In this document: piece by piece, positions 20,107-32,207 of the stretch | How positions within the stretch are numbered: position 1 is the first letter of the stretch | Layout of the letters: every line of letters starts with the position of its first letter | Source: an uncultured Bacilli bacterium | Lineage (GTDB): Bacteria; Bacillota_I; Bacilli_A; RF39; UBA660 | Direction: 5' to 3' | Length of the DNA: 64,000 nucleotides | Assembly: GCA_947625505.1 (NCBI GenBank) | Contig: CANQON010000006.1 | Location: 3,903 to 67,902, forward strand | Notes under the pieces: generated by a model | What the model saw: only the letters and a program-made list of their open reading frames with translations | Database searches by the model: none | Told to the model about the DNA's origin: nothing | Position numbers and translations under genes: made by a program

Positions 20107-20967
20107 TTAAATGTGTTTATATGTTAACCTATCTATTAATGGTAATAATAGATTCATAATGCATAAAGCTACTAAAGAACTAGTAGTAATAGACGTATTA
20201 AATCTTATTAAGATAGTAATTATACCTAAGCATATACCATATAAAAAAGTATATTTATCATTAATAGGACTATATTTAGAATAAGGCGCTACTAAGAATA
20301 TATATATTAAAGAATTATCTATTAAAATATTAAATAAACCATATCCTAAATCTAATTTCAAAATACTTGTAATAAGGAAAATACTTAGTATATAACCTAT
20401 ACTTATTTTCCATTTAATAGCTTTAGTACTTAATAATAAGATAATAATAGATATATATATGATAATATTAATAGTATTAGGAATATTACCTTCGATAGCG
20501 TTAATTAATGTTTCTTTACTATAAATAGGTATATTAGATAAGGTTATAGAATGTGTCATTAAGACAATGATTAATAAACCTAAAAGTAAAGGATTAAGAT
20601 TAATATCCCATAAAATGCTAAGTAAACGACTAATAATAATACTCATTAAAATACCAAATATAAGAAATGTAATAGGAGTATAACTAGGAGCTAATAAACC
20701 TATTAATAAACCAGAGAATATGCCCTTAAGTGTTAAGTAATTCTTCTCTTTAAATATTAAATCAAATATAAGATTAGTTATATATGATGTCATAGTACCT
20801 ATGATAATAAATATTAAAGGATTTAATAAATCATTTAGGTTTTGACTATGTTGATAAGGAATAACACCATTTTTATAAAATAAGTAATTAGCAATTATTA
20901 CAATCGTAAAAAGAAGTATTACTCTTTGTTTTTTAGCTGTTAAGAAAGTATGAATATAATTAGACAT
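20107..20967 (-). CDS. Degenerate RnfD/NqrB-family membrane protein
   Basis: GLLIGLLAP..TP, NPLLLG, GNIP, SP...TFLYG..LG, MNLLLPLID; overlaps rnfC; cofactor motifs missing. Confidence 0.7.
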   Translation of the reverse strand: MSNYIHTFLTAKKQRVILLFTIVIIANYLFYKNGVIPYQHSQNLNDLLNPLIFIIIGTMTSYITNLIFDLIFKEKNYLTLKGIFSGLLIGLLAPSYTPITFLIFGILMSIIISRLLSILWDINLNPLLLGLLIIVLMTHSITLSNIPIYSKETLINAIEGNIPNTINIIIYISIIILLLSTKAIKWKISIGYILSIFLITSILKLDLGYGLFNILIDNSLIYIFLVAPYSKYSPINDKYTFLYGICLGIITILIRFNTSITTSSLVALCIMNLLLPLIDRLTYKHI

Positions 20968-22216
20968 GTTCTACCTCCTTAACTTTTTCTTTTGCACATT
21001 TAACACTATCACACAAAGGAATTAAAGAAGGGCATACATAGGAACATAATCCACAATCTATACACTTTTGCACACTCATCTTTTGTAATTTATCAATATT
21101 ATCAAGATTATTGTGGATAACATTGGGATATAAGTGACAAGGACATACTTTTGCACACTTTCCACACCTTATACATTCTTCTTCTTGATAGTTATGTGGC
21201 TTTAGAAGAGAAAGTGCTGATAAATTTTTAGTTACCATTGAATCATTATCAGGGAGCTTATATCCTCTCATTGGTCCATTAGCAAGCATGATATATTGTT
21301 CATCATTAAGATGTAAATAATCTAGTATTTCTTTAATTGGTGTACCTATCTTAACTAAAATATTAGTTCCTTTAATATTACCTGATATGGTAATAATCCT
21401 TTCATATGGAGGCATACCTGTCTTTAAGACGTTGTATATAGCGTAGATAGTTGAAATATTATTAACAATAATACCTACCTCCATAGGTAGTGTATCATAA
21501 TTTTTTTTAGTAACATATTTAATTAGCTTTCTTTCCCAACCCATAGGATAAGTATTACCTACTAGTTTTACTTTAATACGAAGATAAGTTCCTACATATT
21601 GATTAACTAAATCAGCTAATTTTTTATTCCTCTTTTGAATACATATTAAGCATTCATCTATTTTATTAATATCTAGGATTGCATCAATAGCTTCTAATAT
21701 ATCCGTTATTTTATTTTTAGTTAGTGTATAGTCAGCTGTTATATAAGTTTCACATTCTACAGCATTAACAATTAAAGTATTAATCTTTTTATCGGTATTA
21801 TATTTAATATAAGTAGGATTACCTTCTTTACCAATAATCCCTGTATTTTTTATTAACTCAATAAATTCATCTTTAGTATAGCTATGAATATCTTCTTTTA
21901 AACCAATTCTTTTCTCTAATTTCTCTTTAAAGTCATTTTCAATAATTAAGCATTTTACTTTTTCCCCGTTTATATATGTTTTTTCTGTTATATCTTTAAC
22001 AATACCACTTACACTAGAATGAAGATATGATTTAATAGATCCTTTATTATTAGCAACCATCATTCCTTTATATACATGATCACCTATTTTAGGAATAACA
22101 GTTAAATCTTTATCATTACCAATAATTAAGGGTATATATATTTCATTAGGCTTTTTATATTCTACAAGTTTATTAAGAGTTAGTTTTTGTTTATGAATAA
22201 TTCCTTCTATTCTCAT
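20960..22216 (-). CDS. RnfC/RsxC-like protein with 2x[4Fe-4S] domain
   Basis: HSSVSG, NAVECETYITAD, YPMGWER, GPMRG, CIRCGKCAKVCP and CIDCGLCSYVCP. Confidence 0.85.
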   Translation of the reverse strand: MRIEGIIHKQKLTLNKLVEYKKPNEIYIPLIIGNDKDLTVIPKIGDHVYKGMMVANNKGSIKSYLHSSVSGIVKDITEKTYINGEKVKCLIIENDFKEKLEKRIGLKEDIHSYTKDEFIELIKNTGIIGKEGNPTYIKYNTDKKINTLIVNAVECETYITADYTLTKNKITDILEAIDAILDINKIDECLICIQKRNKKLADLVNQYVGTYLRIKVKLVGNTYPMGWERKLIKYVTKKNYDTLPMEVGIIVNNISTIYAIYNVLKTGMPPYERIITISGNIKGTNILVKIGTPIKEILDYLHLNDEQYIMLANGPMRGYKLPDNDSMVTKNLSALSLLKPHNYQEEECIRCGKCAKVCPCHLYPNVIHNNLDNIDKLQKMSVQKCIDCGLCSYVCPSLIPLCDSVKCAKEKVKEVEHV

Positions 22217-22318
22217 ACAATACTCCTATTCTAGTATCATTATACCTTTTTTATAATTAAAAAAAAAGCTTTTTATCTTTCAAAAAAAGGTAAGGTATGC
22301 TATAATGATACTTAGCAA

Positions 22319-22347
22319 TTGACAAAGTGACATTTATTGTCTATAAT
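22319..22347 (+). promoter_or_regulatory. Consensus sigma-A promoter of the valS leader
   Basis: TTGACA-17 nt-TATAAT; a second TGCTATAAT lies at 22298-22306. Confidence 0.85.
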
Positions 22348-22354
22348 ATAGCTC

Positions 22355-22580
22355 GAAAAAACGAAGAACAAGAGGAGTAAATTAACTAGTAGTTAAAAGA
22401 GATGAAAAGTCATTGGCTGAAAGCTTTTCTTAATGAAGATTAATTGAAGGTAGCTTGGGAGTTGTATATCTAAGTAAATAGGATATAACGTTAACTGCGT
22501 TAAAGTATGAGTGCATAATAAGTATTATGAAATAGGATGGTACCACGTGTAAGCGTTCCTATACATAATACTTTTTTGTT
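22355..22580 (+). promoter_or_regulatory. T-box riboswitch (Val specifier)
   Basis: AGAGA and GGCTGAA stem I motifs, specifier GAAG-GTA-GC (GTA 22450-22452 = Val), T-box GGATGGTACCACG, terminator AGTATTATG..TAGGA / TCCTA..CATAATACT plus T run. Confidence 0.9.
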
Positions 22581-22646
22581 TATATTTATACTTAATAAGT
22601 AATATAATTAAAAAATAATTATTAAAAATGTAAAGGGAGTGTTATT

Positions 22647-25172
22647 ATGTTAGAAGCAAAATATAATCACAAAAAGGTAGAAGAAGGAAAGTATAATAAT
22701 TGGAAACAAAAAGGATACTTTGAAAGTGGCGATTTAAGTAAAAAGCCATATTGTATAGTTATTCCTCCTCCTAATGTTACAGGTAAATTACATTTAGGAC
22801 ATGCTTGGGATACAACTTTACAAGACATATTAATTCGTTATAAGAAAATGAATGGATATGATGTATTATGGTTACCTGGTACTGATCATGCTGCTATCGC
22901 AACCGAAGCACGTGTTGTAGGCAAACTAAAACAAGAAGGAATCGACAAGTATGAATTAGGTCGTGATAAATTCTTAGATGCTTGTTGGGATTGGACACAT
23001 AAGTATGCAGGTAATATTCGTGAACAATGGGCTAAACTAGGTCTTACTTTAGATTATCGTAAAGAAGCTTTTACCTTAGATGAAAATTTAACACGAGCTG
23101 TTAAAAAAGTATTTGTTGATTTATATAATGAAGGACTAATATACCGTGGAGAACGTATTATTAACTGGGATCCTGTTGCGAAGACAGCCTTATCTAATGA
23201 AGAGGTATTCTATAAAGATGATGAAGGTGCTTTCTATCATTTAAAATACTTTATTGAAGATTCTGATGAATATCTTGATGTTGCGACAACACGTCCAGAA
23301 ACTTTATTTGGAGATACAGCTGTAGCTGTTAATCCTAAAGATAAACGTTATAAACATTTAATAGGTAAACATGTTGTTTTACCTGTTGTTAATAAATTAA
23401 TTCCTATTGTTGGAGATGAACATGCTGATCCTGAATTTGGTACAGGGGTAGTTAAGATTACACCTGCTCATGATCCTAATGACTTTGAAGTAGGTAATCG
23501 TCATAACTTAGAACGTATTGTTGTTATGAATGAAGACGCTACAATGAATGAAAATGCAGGTAAGTATGTTGGTATGAGTCGTGAAGCTTGTCGTGAAGCT
23601 TTAGTAAATGATTTAAAAGAAGAGGGAATCTTAATAAGTATTGAACCTATGGTACATAGTGTTGGACATAGTGAAAGAACCGATGCTGTTGTAGAGCCTT
23701 ACTTATCTAAGCAATGGTTTGTTAAGATGCGTCCTTTAGCAGATCGTGTTTTAAAGAATCAAAAAGATAAAAAGAATAAAGTAAATTTTGTACCTACACA
23801 TTATGAAAAAATAATGAATCATTGGATGGAAATAACTTATGATTGGTGTATATCACGTCAATTATGGTGGGGACATCGTATTCCTGCTTGGTATAAAGGT
23901 GATGATATATATGTAGGTATAGAGCCTCCTAAAGGTGATGGATGGGTACAAGATAATGATGTATTAGATACATGGTTTAGTAGTGCTTTATGGCCATTTG
24001 CTACTTTAGGATGGCCTAATGAAACGGATGATTATAAAAGATATTATCCTAATGATGTTTTAGTAACAGGATATGATATTATTCCATTCTGGGTTAATAG
24101 AATGACTTTCCAAGGATTAAAGTTTACAGGTAAAAGACCTTTTAAAGATTGTTTAATACATGGATTAATTCGTGATAAGAATGGTGTTAAGATGAGTAAA
24201 TCCTTAGGTAATGGTGTTGATCCTATGGATGTTATAGATGAATATGGATGTGATGCTTTAAGGTTCTTCTTAACTACTAATTCAGCTCCAGGCGCTGATT
24301 TAAGATATGATGATGAAAAAGTTAAATCAGCATGGAATTTTATTAATAAATTATGGAATGCCTCTAGATTTGTTTTAATGAATCTTGAAGGATTTACTAC
24401 TAAAGATTATACTTTAAAGAACTTATCTTTACCTGATAAATGGATGCTAAATAAATTAAATAAAACAGTTAAAGAAGTAAGAAAAAATATGGATTCATAT
24501 GATTTCCATAATGTAGGTAATGCTTTATATTCATTTATTTGGGATGATTTCTGTGATTGGTATATTGAGTTATCTAAGAGTGATATGTCTAATACTAATA
24601 AGAGTGTTTTACTTAAAGTATTAACCGATATTGTTAAAATGTTACATCCTTTTATGCCATATGTAACTGAAGAGATATATTTAATGTTACCTATTAAAGA
24701 TCAAGAATCTATTATGTTAGAAAATTATCCTAAAGCTACAAAGAATAAATATGATGAAGAAGAAGATACTTTAGATAAGATTATTGAAGATATTATCGCT
24801 ATTAGAAATTTAAAAGCAACTAATAATATTACAAAACAAGCTAAGGTTAAATATGAAGTAGACTCTTCTTTAGAAACAATTTATACATCACAATTAAAGA
24901 TTAAAGAAGAAAATATTTTACAAGATAATAACGAATATTTAACAAGTAATTATAAATCTAAATATATTAATATTACTTATTATTATGAAGGTACTAAAGA
25001 AGATGAAAGCCGTAAAGAAGAAGAAATTAAAAAACTTGAAGCTTCTATTGAACGCCGTGAAAAATTATTAAGTAATGAAAATTATGTATCTAAAGCTCCT
25101 TTAAATATTGTTGAAGCTGATCGTAAGAAATTAGCTGAAGAAAAAGAAAAATTAGCTATATTAAAGGGTTAA
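22647..25172 (+). CDS. valS: Valine--tRNA ligase
   Basis: [41 protein letters not shown]-terminal coiled coil. Confidence 0.98.
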   Translation: MLEAKYNHKKVEEGKYNNWKQKGYFESGDLSKKPYCIVIPPPNVTGKLHLGHAWDTTLQDILIRYKKMNGYDVLWLPGTDHAAIATEARVVGKLKQEGIDKYELGRDKFLDACWDWTHKYAGNIREQWAKLGLTLDYRKEAFTLDENLTRAVKKVFVDLYNEGLIYRGERIINWDPVAKTALSNEEVFYKDDEGAFYHLKYFIEDSDEYLDVATTRPETLFGDTAVAVNPKDKRYKHLIGKHVVLPVVNKLIPIVGDEHADPEFGTGVVKITPAHDPNDFEVGNRHNLERIVVMNEDATMNENAGKYVGMSREACREALVNDLKEEGILISIEPMVHSVGHSERTDAVVEPYLSKQWFVKMRPLADRVLKNQKDKKNKVNFVPTHYEKIMNHWMEITYDWCISRQLWWGHRIPAWYKGDDIYVGIEPPKGDGWVQDNDVLDTWFSSALWPFATLGWPNETDDYKRYYPNDVLVTGYDIIPFWVNRMTFQGLKFTGKRPFKDCLIHGLIRDKNGVKMSKSLGNGVDPMDVIDEYGCDALRFFLTTNSAPGADLRYDDEKVKSAWNFINKLWNASRFVLMNLEGFTTKDYTLKNLSLPDKWMLNKLNKTVKEVRKNMDSYDFHNVGNALYSFIWDDFCDWYIELSKSDMSNTNKSVLLKVLTDIVKMLHPFMPYVTEEIYLMLPIKDQESIMLENYPKATKNKYDEEEDTLDKIIEDIIAIRNLKATNNITKQAKVKYEVDSSLETIYTSQLKIKEENILQDNNEYLTSNYKSKYINITYYYEGTKEDESRKEEEIKKLEASIERREKLLSNENYVSKAPLNIVEADRKKLAEEKEKLAILKG

Positions 25173-25173
25173 A

Positions 25174-25521
25174 ATGGTATTTATTCATTATCCTAAATGT
25201 TCAACATGTAAGAAAGCTAAAGAGTTTTTAGATACTAATAATATTAAGTATGAAGAAAGAAATATTGTCTTAGATAATCCTAAATATGAGGAATTAAAAG
25301 AATGGATTACTATTATTCCTATTAAGAAATTATTTAATACTAGTGGATTAAAATATAAAGAATTAAAACTAAAAGATAAATTAGATACCATGAGTGATGA
25401 AGAAAAGCTAAAATTACTTGCTAGTGATGGAATGTTAGTTAAAAGACCATTACTTATTGATAAATCTAAAATATTAGTAGGTTTTAAAATAAAAGAATGG
25501 GAAGATAATTTTAAAATATAA
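25174..25521 (+). CDS. ArsC/Spx family protein (YusI-like)
   Basis: YPKCSTCKKA, FNTSGLKY, LASDGMLVKRP. Confidence 0.9.
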   Translation: MVFIHYPKCSTCKKAKEFLDTNNIKYEERNIVLDNPKYEELKEWITIIPIKKLFNTSGLKYKELKLKDKLDTMSDEEKLKLLASDGMLVKRPLLIDKSKILVGFKIKEWEDNFKI

Positions 25522-25562
25522 GCTATACAATGTATAGCTTTTTTATTATTTTTTTGATATAC

Positions 25563-26522
25563 TTAAAAAGAGAATAGGAAGTGTGTGTATGAATTGTAAG
25601 AATTGTGGAGCACCTTTAAGAGAAGGCGCTAAATTTTGTCAATCATGTGGAACAGCTGTTAGTCAAGATAAAGAAGTAAATACAAATACAGAAGTAAAAA
25701 GTGTAGATAATGTTACAGAAAGTACTACAGATACTACTAACAATGTAGTAACACAAGAGCCTAGTAATGTGGTAGCACCTACACCTGATATGAATCAAGT
25801 GTCTCAGACACCAGTTATGAATCAAGTAAATCCTAATATGGGATTTAATCAAGTACCTCAATATAATCAACAAATGTATTATCAACCTGTTCCTCCAAAG
25901 AAAAACTTAACAGCTTTATGGATTGCTTTAGGTGTTGTAGGAGGATTATTACTTTTAGGAGTAGCTATTATATTTATTTGTGTAGCTGTATATAGTAGTA
26001 ATGCTAGTGATACTGAGTATAATACTAATGAACCAACTGTTAATGAAAATGGTGATAAAGTATATCGTGTTGGTCAAAAGTTTGAATTTGATGACTTAGA
26101 AATTACTGTTAACGATGATTATAAATTTACAGTTGTTGATAATAAATATTCTGATTATTATAATGAGCCTGTTGTTAAAATACCTGTAAGAATAAAAAAT
26201 ATAGGTAGTGAGAATAAGAAACTAAATATGTTCTATTTTAGTTTAGAATCTCCAGATGGTGATGATTTACATAATGTAGCCACTTTATTCACATTGTCTA
26301 ATAGTGATTCTGCTGATTACGCTAATTATTTAAAGCCAGGGGAATCATATGATAAATATTTATACTTTATTTATGATGGCTCAGGAACATATACATTAGA
26401 GTTTGATAATTGGTCTACAACAGTAGAAGTAAAATTAAATATCAAAAAGTGATTCAATAATCACTTTTTTTGTTGATTATTTGAATAATTTTTGGTATAT
26501 TTAAAAAGAGAATAGGAAGTGT
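25563..26522 (+). repeat. 22-bp direct repeat upstream of both zinc-ribbon genes
   Basis: TTAAAAAGAGAATAGGAAGTGT at 25563-25584 and 26501-26522. Confidence 0.85.
25589..26452 (+). CDS. Zinc-ribbon membrane protein with DUF4352-like extracellular domain
   Basis: CKNCG..FCQSCG, Q/P/N-rich linker, one TM helix, beta-sandwich (VGQKFEFDDLEITV, LKPGES). Confidence 0.7.
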   Translation: MNCKNCGAPLREGAKFCQSCGTAVSQDKEVNTNTEVKSVDNVTESTTDTTNNVVTQEPSNVVAPTPDMNQVSQTPVMNQVNPNMGFNQVPQYNQQMYYQPVPPKKNLTALWIALGVVGGLLLLGVAIIFICVAVYSSNASDTEYNTNEPTVNENGDKVYRVGQKFEFDDLEITVNDDYKFTVVDNKYSDYYNEPVVKIPVRIKNIGSENKKLNMFYFSLESPDGDDLHNVATLFTLSNSDSADYANYLKPGESYDKYLYFIYDGSGTYTLEFDNWSTTVEVKLNIKK

Positions 26523-26526
26523 AAAT

Positions 26527-27297
26527 ATGATATGTAAGAATTGTGGAAGAGAAGTTAATGGTCCTTTTTGTACTAGTTGTGGAACACCAGTAGATACTAA
26601 TACCCCAAATATGAATGCCACTACTACTCCAGTAGCGCCTACACCAGTTATGAATCAGGTACCTCAAACTCCAGTTATGAATCAAGTAAACCCTAATATG
26701 GGTAATCAAATGCCTCAATATAATCAACCAATGTATACTACTCCTTATACAGCTCCTAAAAAGAATAATACAGGTTTAATAATAGCGATTGTTGTCGTTG
26801 CTGTAGTATTGTTAGGAATTGTTGGAATTAGTATGGCATCACATGGTGATGATAGTGAGGTAACAACTAATGAAAGCGGTGAAAAAGTATCTGAAGGAGT
26901 ATCTATCACAGTAGATGGCTATACTTATAAAGTACCTAGTCGTTATACAGCTAAAGAATCTAATGGTAGATTACAATTAACTAGTAAAGATAATGTTGAT
27001 TTAGCTTTAATTGATATTGTTGATGGTGATTTTAATAATATTAGAAATAATCAAACATATATTAAAAACTACTTAACAACTTCAGGATATACTGTTTTAA
27101 ACATTGGTAATAGAGTTGTAGGTGGAATGGATTTTGTTACTATTGAAGTATCTCAAAATGGACAAAAAATGTTAATGGGATATGCTAAATTCAATAGTAG
27201 TAAAGTATTCTTAGTAACAGTTGGTAATACAAGTTATACAATTGATTACGACTTACTTGCTGATGTTGTTCCAATAATGCGTTCAGCTCAAAGCTAA
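26527..27297 (+). CDS. Zinc-ribbon membrane protein, paralog with a different extracellular domain
   Basis: CKNCG..FCTSCG, near-identical TPVMNQVNPNMG..PQYNQ linker, one TM helix. Confidence 0.7.
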   Translation: MICKNCGREVNGPFCTSCGTPVDTNTPNMNATTTPVAPTPVMNQVPQTPVMNQVNPNMGNQMPQYNQPMYTTPYTAPKKNNTGLIIAIVVVAVVLLGIVGISMASHGDDSEVTTNESGEKVSEGVSITVDGYTYKVPSRYTAKESNGRLQLTSKDNVDLALIDIVDGDFNNIRNNQTYIKNYLTTSGYTVLNIGNRVVGGMDFVTIEVSQNGQKMLMGYAKFNSSKVFLVTVGNTSYTIDYDLLADVVPIMRSAQS

Positions 27298-27308
27298 TAA
27301 GAAAGTCA

Positions 27309-27337
27309 AAAAGAAATTCGAGAGAATTTCTTTTTTT
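27309..27337 (+). terminator. Rho-independent terminator
   Basis: AAAAGAAATTC-GAGA-GAATTTCTTTT plus T run. Confidence 0.75.
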
Positions 27338-27358
27338 GATATTAAATAAATGGTATAA

Positions 27359-29359
<2,001 letters not shown>

Positions 29360-29399
29360 TATGATTATATTTAGAACATGATGGGTGTGTGGAAGTTTT

Positions 29400-31613
29400 A
29401 TGATAGAAGAATGGAATGGTTTTAAAGGTACTAAATGGCAACAAACGATTGATGTTGAAGACTTTATTATCAATAATTATAAAGAGTATACAGGAAGTTC
29501 AGAATTCTTAAAAGGAATAAGTAGAAAAACAAGTCGCGTTTGGAGTAGATGTCAAAAACTATTAGATAAAGAGGATATAACCAAAGTATTAGATGTAGAA
29601 ACTAGTTATTTTTCTAGTATTAATGGTTTTGAACAAGGATACATTGATAAAAAAAATGAAGTAATCGTTGGATTACAAACTGATGAACCTTTAAAACAAT
29701 TTATTAATCCCTTTGTAGCTTTAGATTCTTCTTTAGAAGCTTCTAAAAATTATGGATATCGTTTTGATCGTAATATGGAAGAACATTTTAGAGAGTTCGC
29801 TATATCACATGAAGAAGCTACAGAAGCATCTTATACTAAAGAGATAAAAAAATATCGTGAAGTTCATTTATTAGAGGGATTACCTGATAATTATGGAAGG
29901 GGATTTATTGTCTCTGATTTTAGACGTTTACCTTTATATGGAGCTGATTATTTAATAGCGCGTAAAGAACATGATTTAGATCGTTTAAGACGTGATATTA
30001 ATTATTCTATTGTACGTACAAGAGAAGAAGTAATAAAACAAATTGATGCTTTAAAGAAGATAAAAGATATGGCTAAGCATTACGATATTGATATATCAAG
30101 GCCTGCTAAAAATACTAAAGAAGCTATTCAATGGTTATATTTTGCTTATTTAGGAGCTAGTAAAGATACTTGCAGTGCTTCTTTACCAGTAGGAAATAAT
30201 ACACCATTTTTAGATATTTATATTAATAGAGATTTAGAAAATGGTAGTATTAAAGAAGAAGAAGTGCAAGAATTAATTGATCAATTTATTATTAAATTAC
30301 GTTTAATAAGATTTTTGCATACACCTGAATATAAAAATTATTTTCCAGGTAAGAATCCTTTGATTACTGAAGTAATTGGGGGATTATATAATGGTAAATC
30401 GCTTATTACTCAAACAGCATATCGCTTCTTAAACTCCTTAGAAAATTTAGGAACATATCCTGTACCTAGTTTTGCTATTTTATGGAGTTCGAAATTACCA
30501 ATTAATTTTAAAAGATATTGTGCTAAAACTATGTTAAGTCATCATACTATTGAGTTATTAAATGCTGATAAGTTAGATAGTTTTAATTATGCTGTTACGG
30601 GTTTAGCAGGTTTATCTAAGATAGGTAAACAAATTGATTACTATGGTGGTAGTTGTAATTTACCTAAAGCTTTATTATATGCTATTAATGAAGGTAAAGA
30701 TGAAATAACAGGAGAACTTGTTATTCCTGATATAGAACCTATTAAGGATGATGTTTTAAATTATCCAATAGTTGTTAAAAACTTTGTTAAAGTATTAAGT
30801 AAATTAATATGTATTTATGCTGATGCTTTAAATATTGTGCATTATATGCATGATAAGTATGCTTATGAAGGATCTTTAATGGCATTTAATGATACAGTAG
30901 TTGAAAGATATATTACTTTTGGTATAGCAGGATTATCTACTTTAGTAGATTCTTTATGTGCTATTAGATATGCTAAAGTCCATGTAAATCGTGATGATAA
31001 AGGTTTAACTACGGATTTTAATATTGATGGTTCTTTCCCTAAATTTGGTAATAATCAAGATGAAGCTGATCGTATTGCTAGTGATATTATTAAATTATTT
31101 AATAAAGAATTACGTAATCATCATATGTATCGAAATGCTAAAATAAAAGTTGGTGTTGAAACAGTAGGATTAAATATGGTATATGGTAATAATACAGGAT
31201 CAACACCTAATGGACGCTTTAAAGGAGTACCTTATGCTATAGGAGCATGTCCTGTAGGAAATGCCGATACTAAAGGACTTTTATCTTCTTTAAAGAGTGT
31301 TATGAAATTACCAAAAGAACTATGTACTAATGGTATTATTACGACAGTTAATATTAGTGGTAATGCTTTAGGTAGTAAAAAGAGCGAAAGAGCAGAGAAT
31401 ATTATAGGCTTATTAGATAGCTACTTTAATCAAAATGGTAGTCAGTTAGAAATAAATATCATTGATAAAAGTACTATTACTTCAGCTATAAAAGATGATC
31501 GTAATTATACTAATTTAGTTCTTCATAATGGGGGATTTGCTGTAAGATTTAAAGATATAGATAATAATTTATCTAATGATTTAGCTGAAAGAACATTTCA
31601 TGAGGTATTATAA
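29400..31613 (+). CDS. Pyruvate formate-lyase (PflB) homolog lacking catalytic residues
   Basis: PFL scaffold motifs IDVEDFI..NY, IVGLQTDEPLK, GLPDNYGRG, EAIQWLYFAYL, HYMHDKYAYE, GSTPNGR, RTFH; Cys-Cys replaced by Gly-Leu and RVSGY by HNGGF. Confidence 0.85.
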   Translation: MIEEWNGFKGTKWQQTIDVEDFIINNYKEYTGSSEFLKGISRKTSRVWSRCQKLLDKEDITKVLDVETSYFSSINGFEQGYIDKKNEVIVGLQTDEPLKQFINPFVALDSSLEASKNYGYRFDRNMEEHFREFAISHEEATEASYTKEIKKYREVHLLEGLPDNYGRGFIVSDFRRLPLYGADYLIARKEHDLDRLRRDINYSIVRTREEVIKQIDALKKIKDMAKHYDIDISRPAKNTKEAIQWLYFAYLGASKDTCSASLPVGNNTPFLDIYINRDLENGSIKEEEVQELIDQFIIKLRLIRFLHTPEYKNYFPGKNPLITEVIGGLYNGKSLITQTAYRFLNSLENLGTYPVPSFAILWSSKLPINFKRYCAKTMLSHHTIELLNADKLDSFNYAVTGLAGLSKIGKQIDYYGGSCNLPKALLYAINEGKDEITGELVIPDIEPIKDDVLNYPIVVKNFVKVLSKLICIYADALNIVHYMHDKYAYEGSLMAFNDTVVERYITFGIAGLSTLVDSLCAIRYAKVHVNRDDKGLTTDFNIDGSFPKFGNNQDEADRIASDIIKLFNKELRNHHMYRNAKIKVGVETVGLNMVYGNNTGSTPNGRFKGVPYAIGACPVGNADTKGLLSSLKSVMKLPKELCTNGIITTVNISGNALGSKKSERAENIIGLLDSYFNQNGSQLEINIIDKSTITSAIKDDRNYTNLVLHNGGFAVRFKDIDNNLSNDLAERTFHEVL

Positions 31614-32206
31614 TGAAAGGTACTATTAGTTCAATTAATCCTATGAGTTTTGATTCAGGCCCAGGAATACGTGTTAGTGTTGAATTAAATAATACTAATG
31701 AATTAAGTTTAACACCTAATGAAATGGTAGATCGTATTCGTAAGTTTCGTCCTTATATAGGACCTGATGGTGGAGGAGTTACTTTCTATGGAAATCTTTT
31801 TGAACAAAAGGATTTCTTAAAAGAAACTTGTTTAATATCTCATAAAGCAGGTATTAATACATGTATTATAACTAATGGTATAGATTATGTAGACGATGAA
31901 GCTCTATTTAAACATATAGATTTAGTTATTTTAGATATAATAAGTTTGCCAATGTATAATTATAATGATATAGCTATTGAAGATCTTATGAATATCAATC
32001 GTTTTCTTAATAAATTAGAAGAAAAACAAATTAATTTATGGATTAAGCAAAAAATATATAAAGATAAAAATGATAATGAAGAATATATTAATGCCTTAAA
32101 AAAATTTTTAAATATGTTTCATAATATAAATGATATTGAATTAATAGGTATTGATGTAGATTCTAATCGATTAAATTATTTAGAAAGTTTATTAAAGGAG
32201 GTATAG
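31613..32206 (+). CDS. PFL-activating enzyme (PflA) homolog lacking the radical-SAM motif
   Basis: MKGTISSI..SFDSGPGIR, GGGVTF, GINTCIITNG, DLVILDI; no CxxxCxxC and no GGE; TAATG coupling to the upstream gene. Confidence 0.8.
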   Translation: MKGTISSINPMSFDSGPGIRVSVELNNTNELSLTPNEMVDRIRKFRPYIGPDGGGVTFYGNLFEQKDFLKETCLISHKAGINTCIITNGIDYVDDEALFKHIDLVILDIISLPMYNYNDIAIEDLMNINRFLNKLEEKQINLWIKQKIYKDKNDNEEYINALKKFLNMFHNINDIELIGIDVDSNRLNYLESLLKEV

Positions 32207-32207
32207 T

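Noticed and set aside
29400-32206. Annotation as functional pflB/pflA, or as classical pseudogenes
   Set aside because: Catalytic motifs are absent, so function as PFL is unlikely; there are also no stops or frameshifts, so they were kept as CDS without gene symbols
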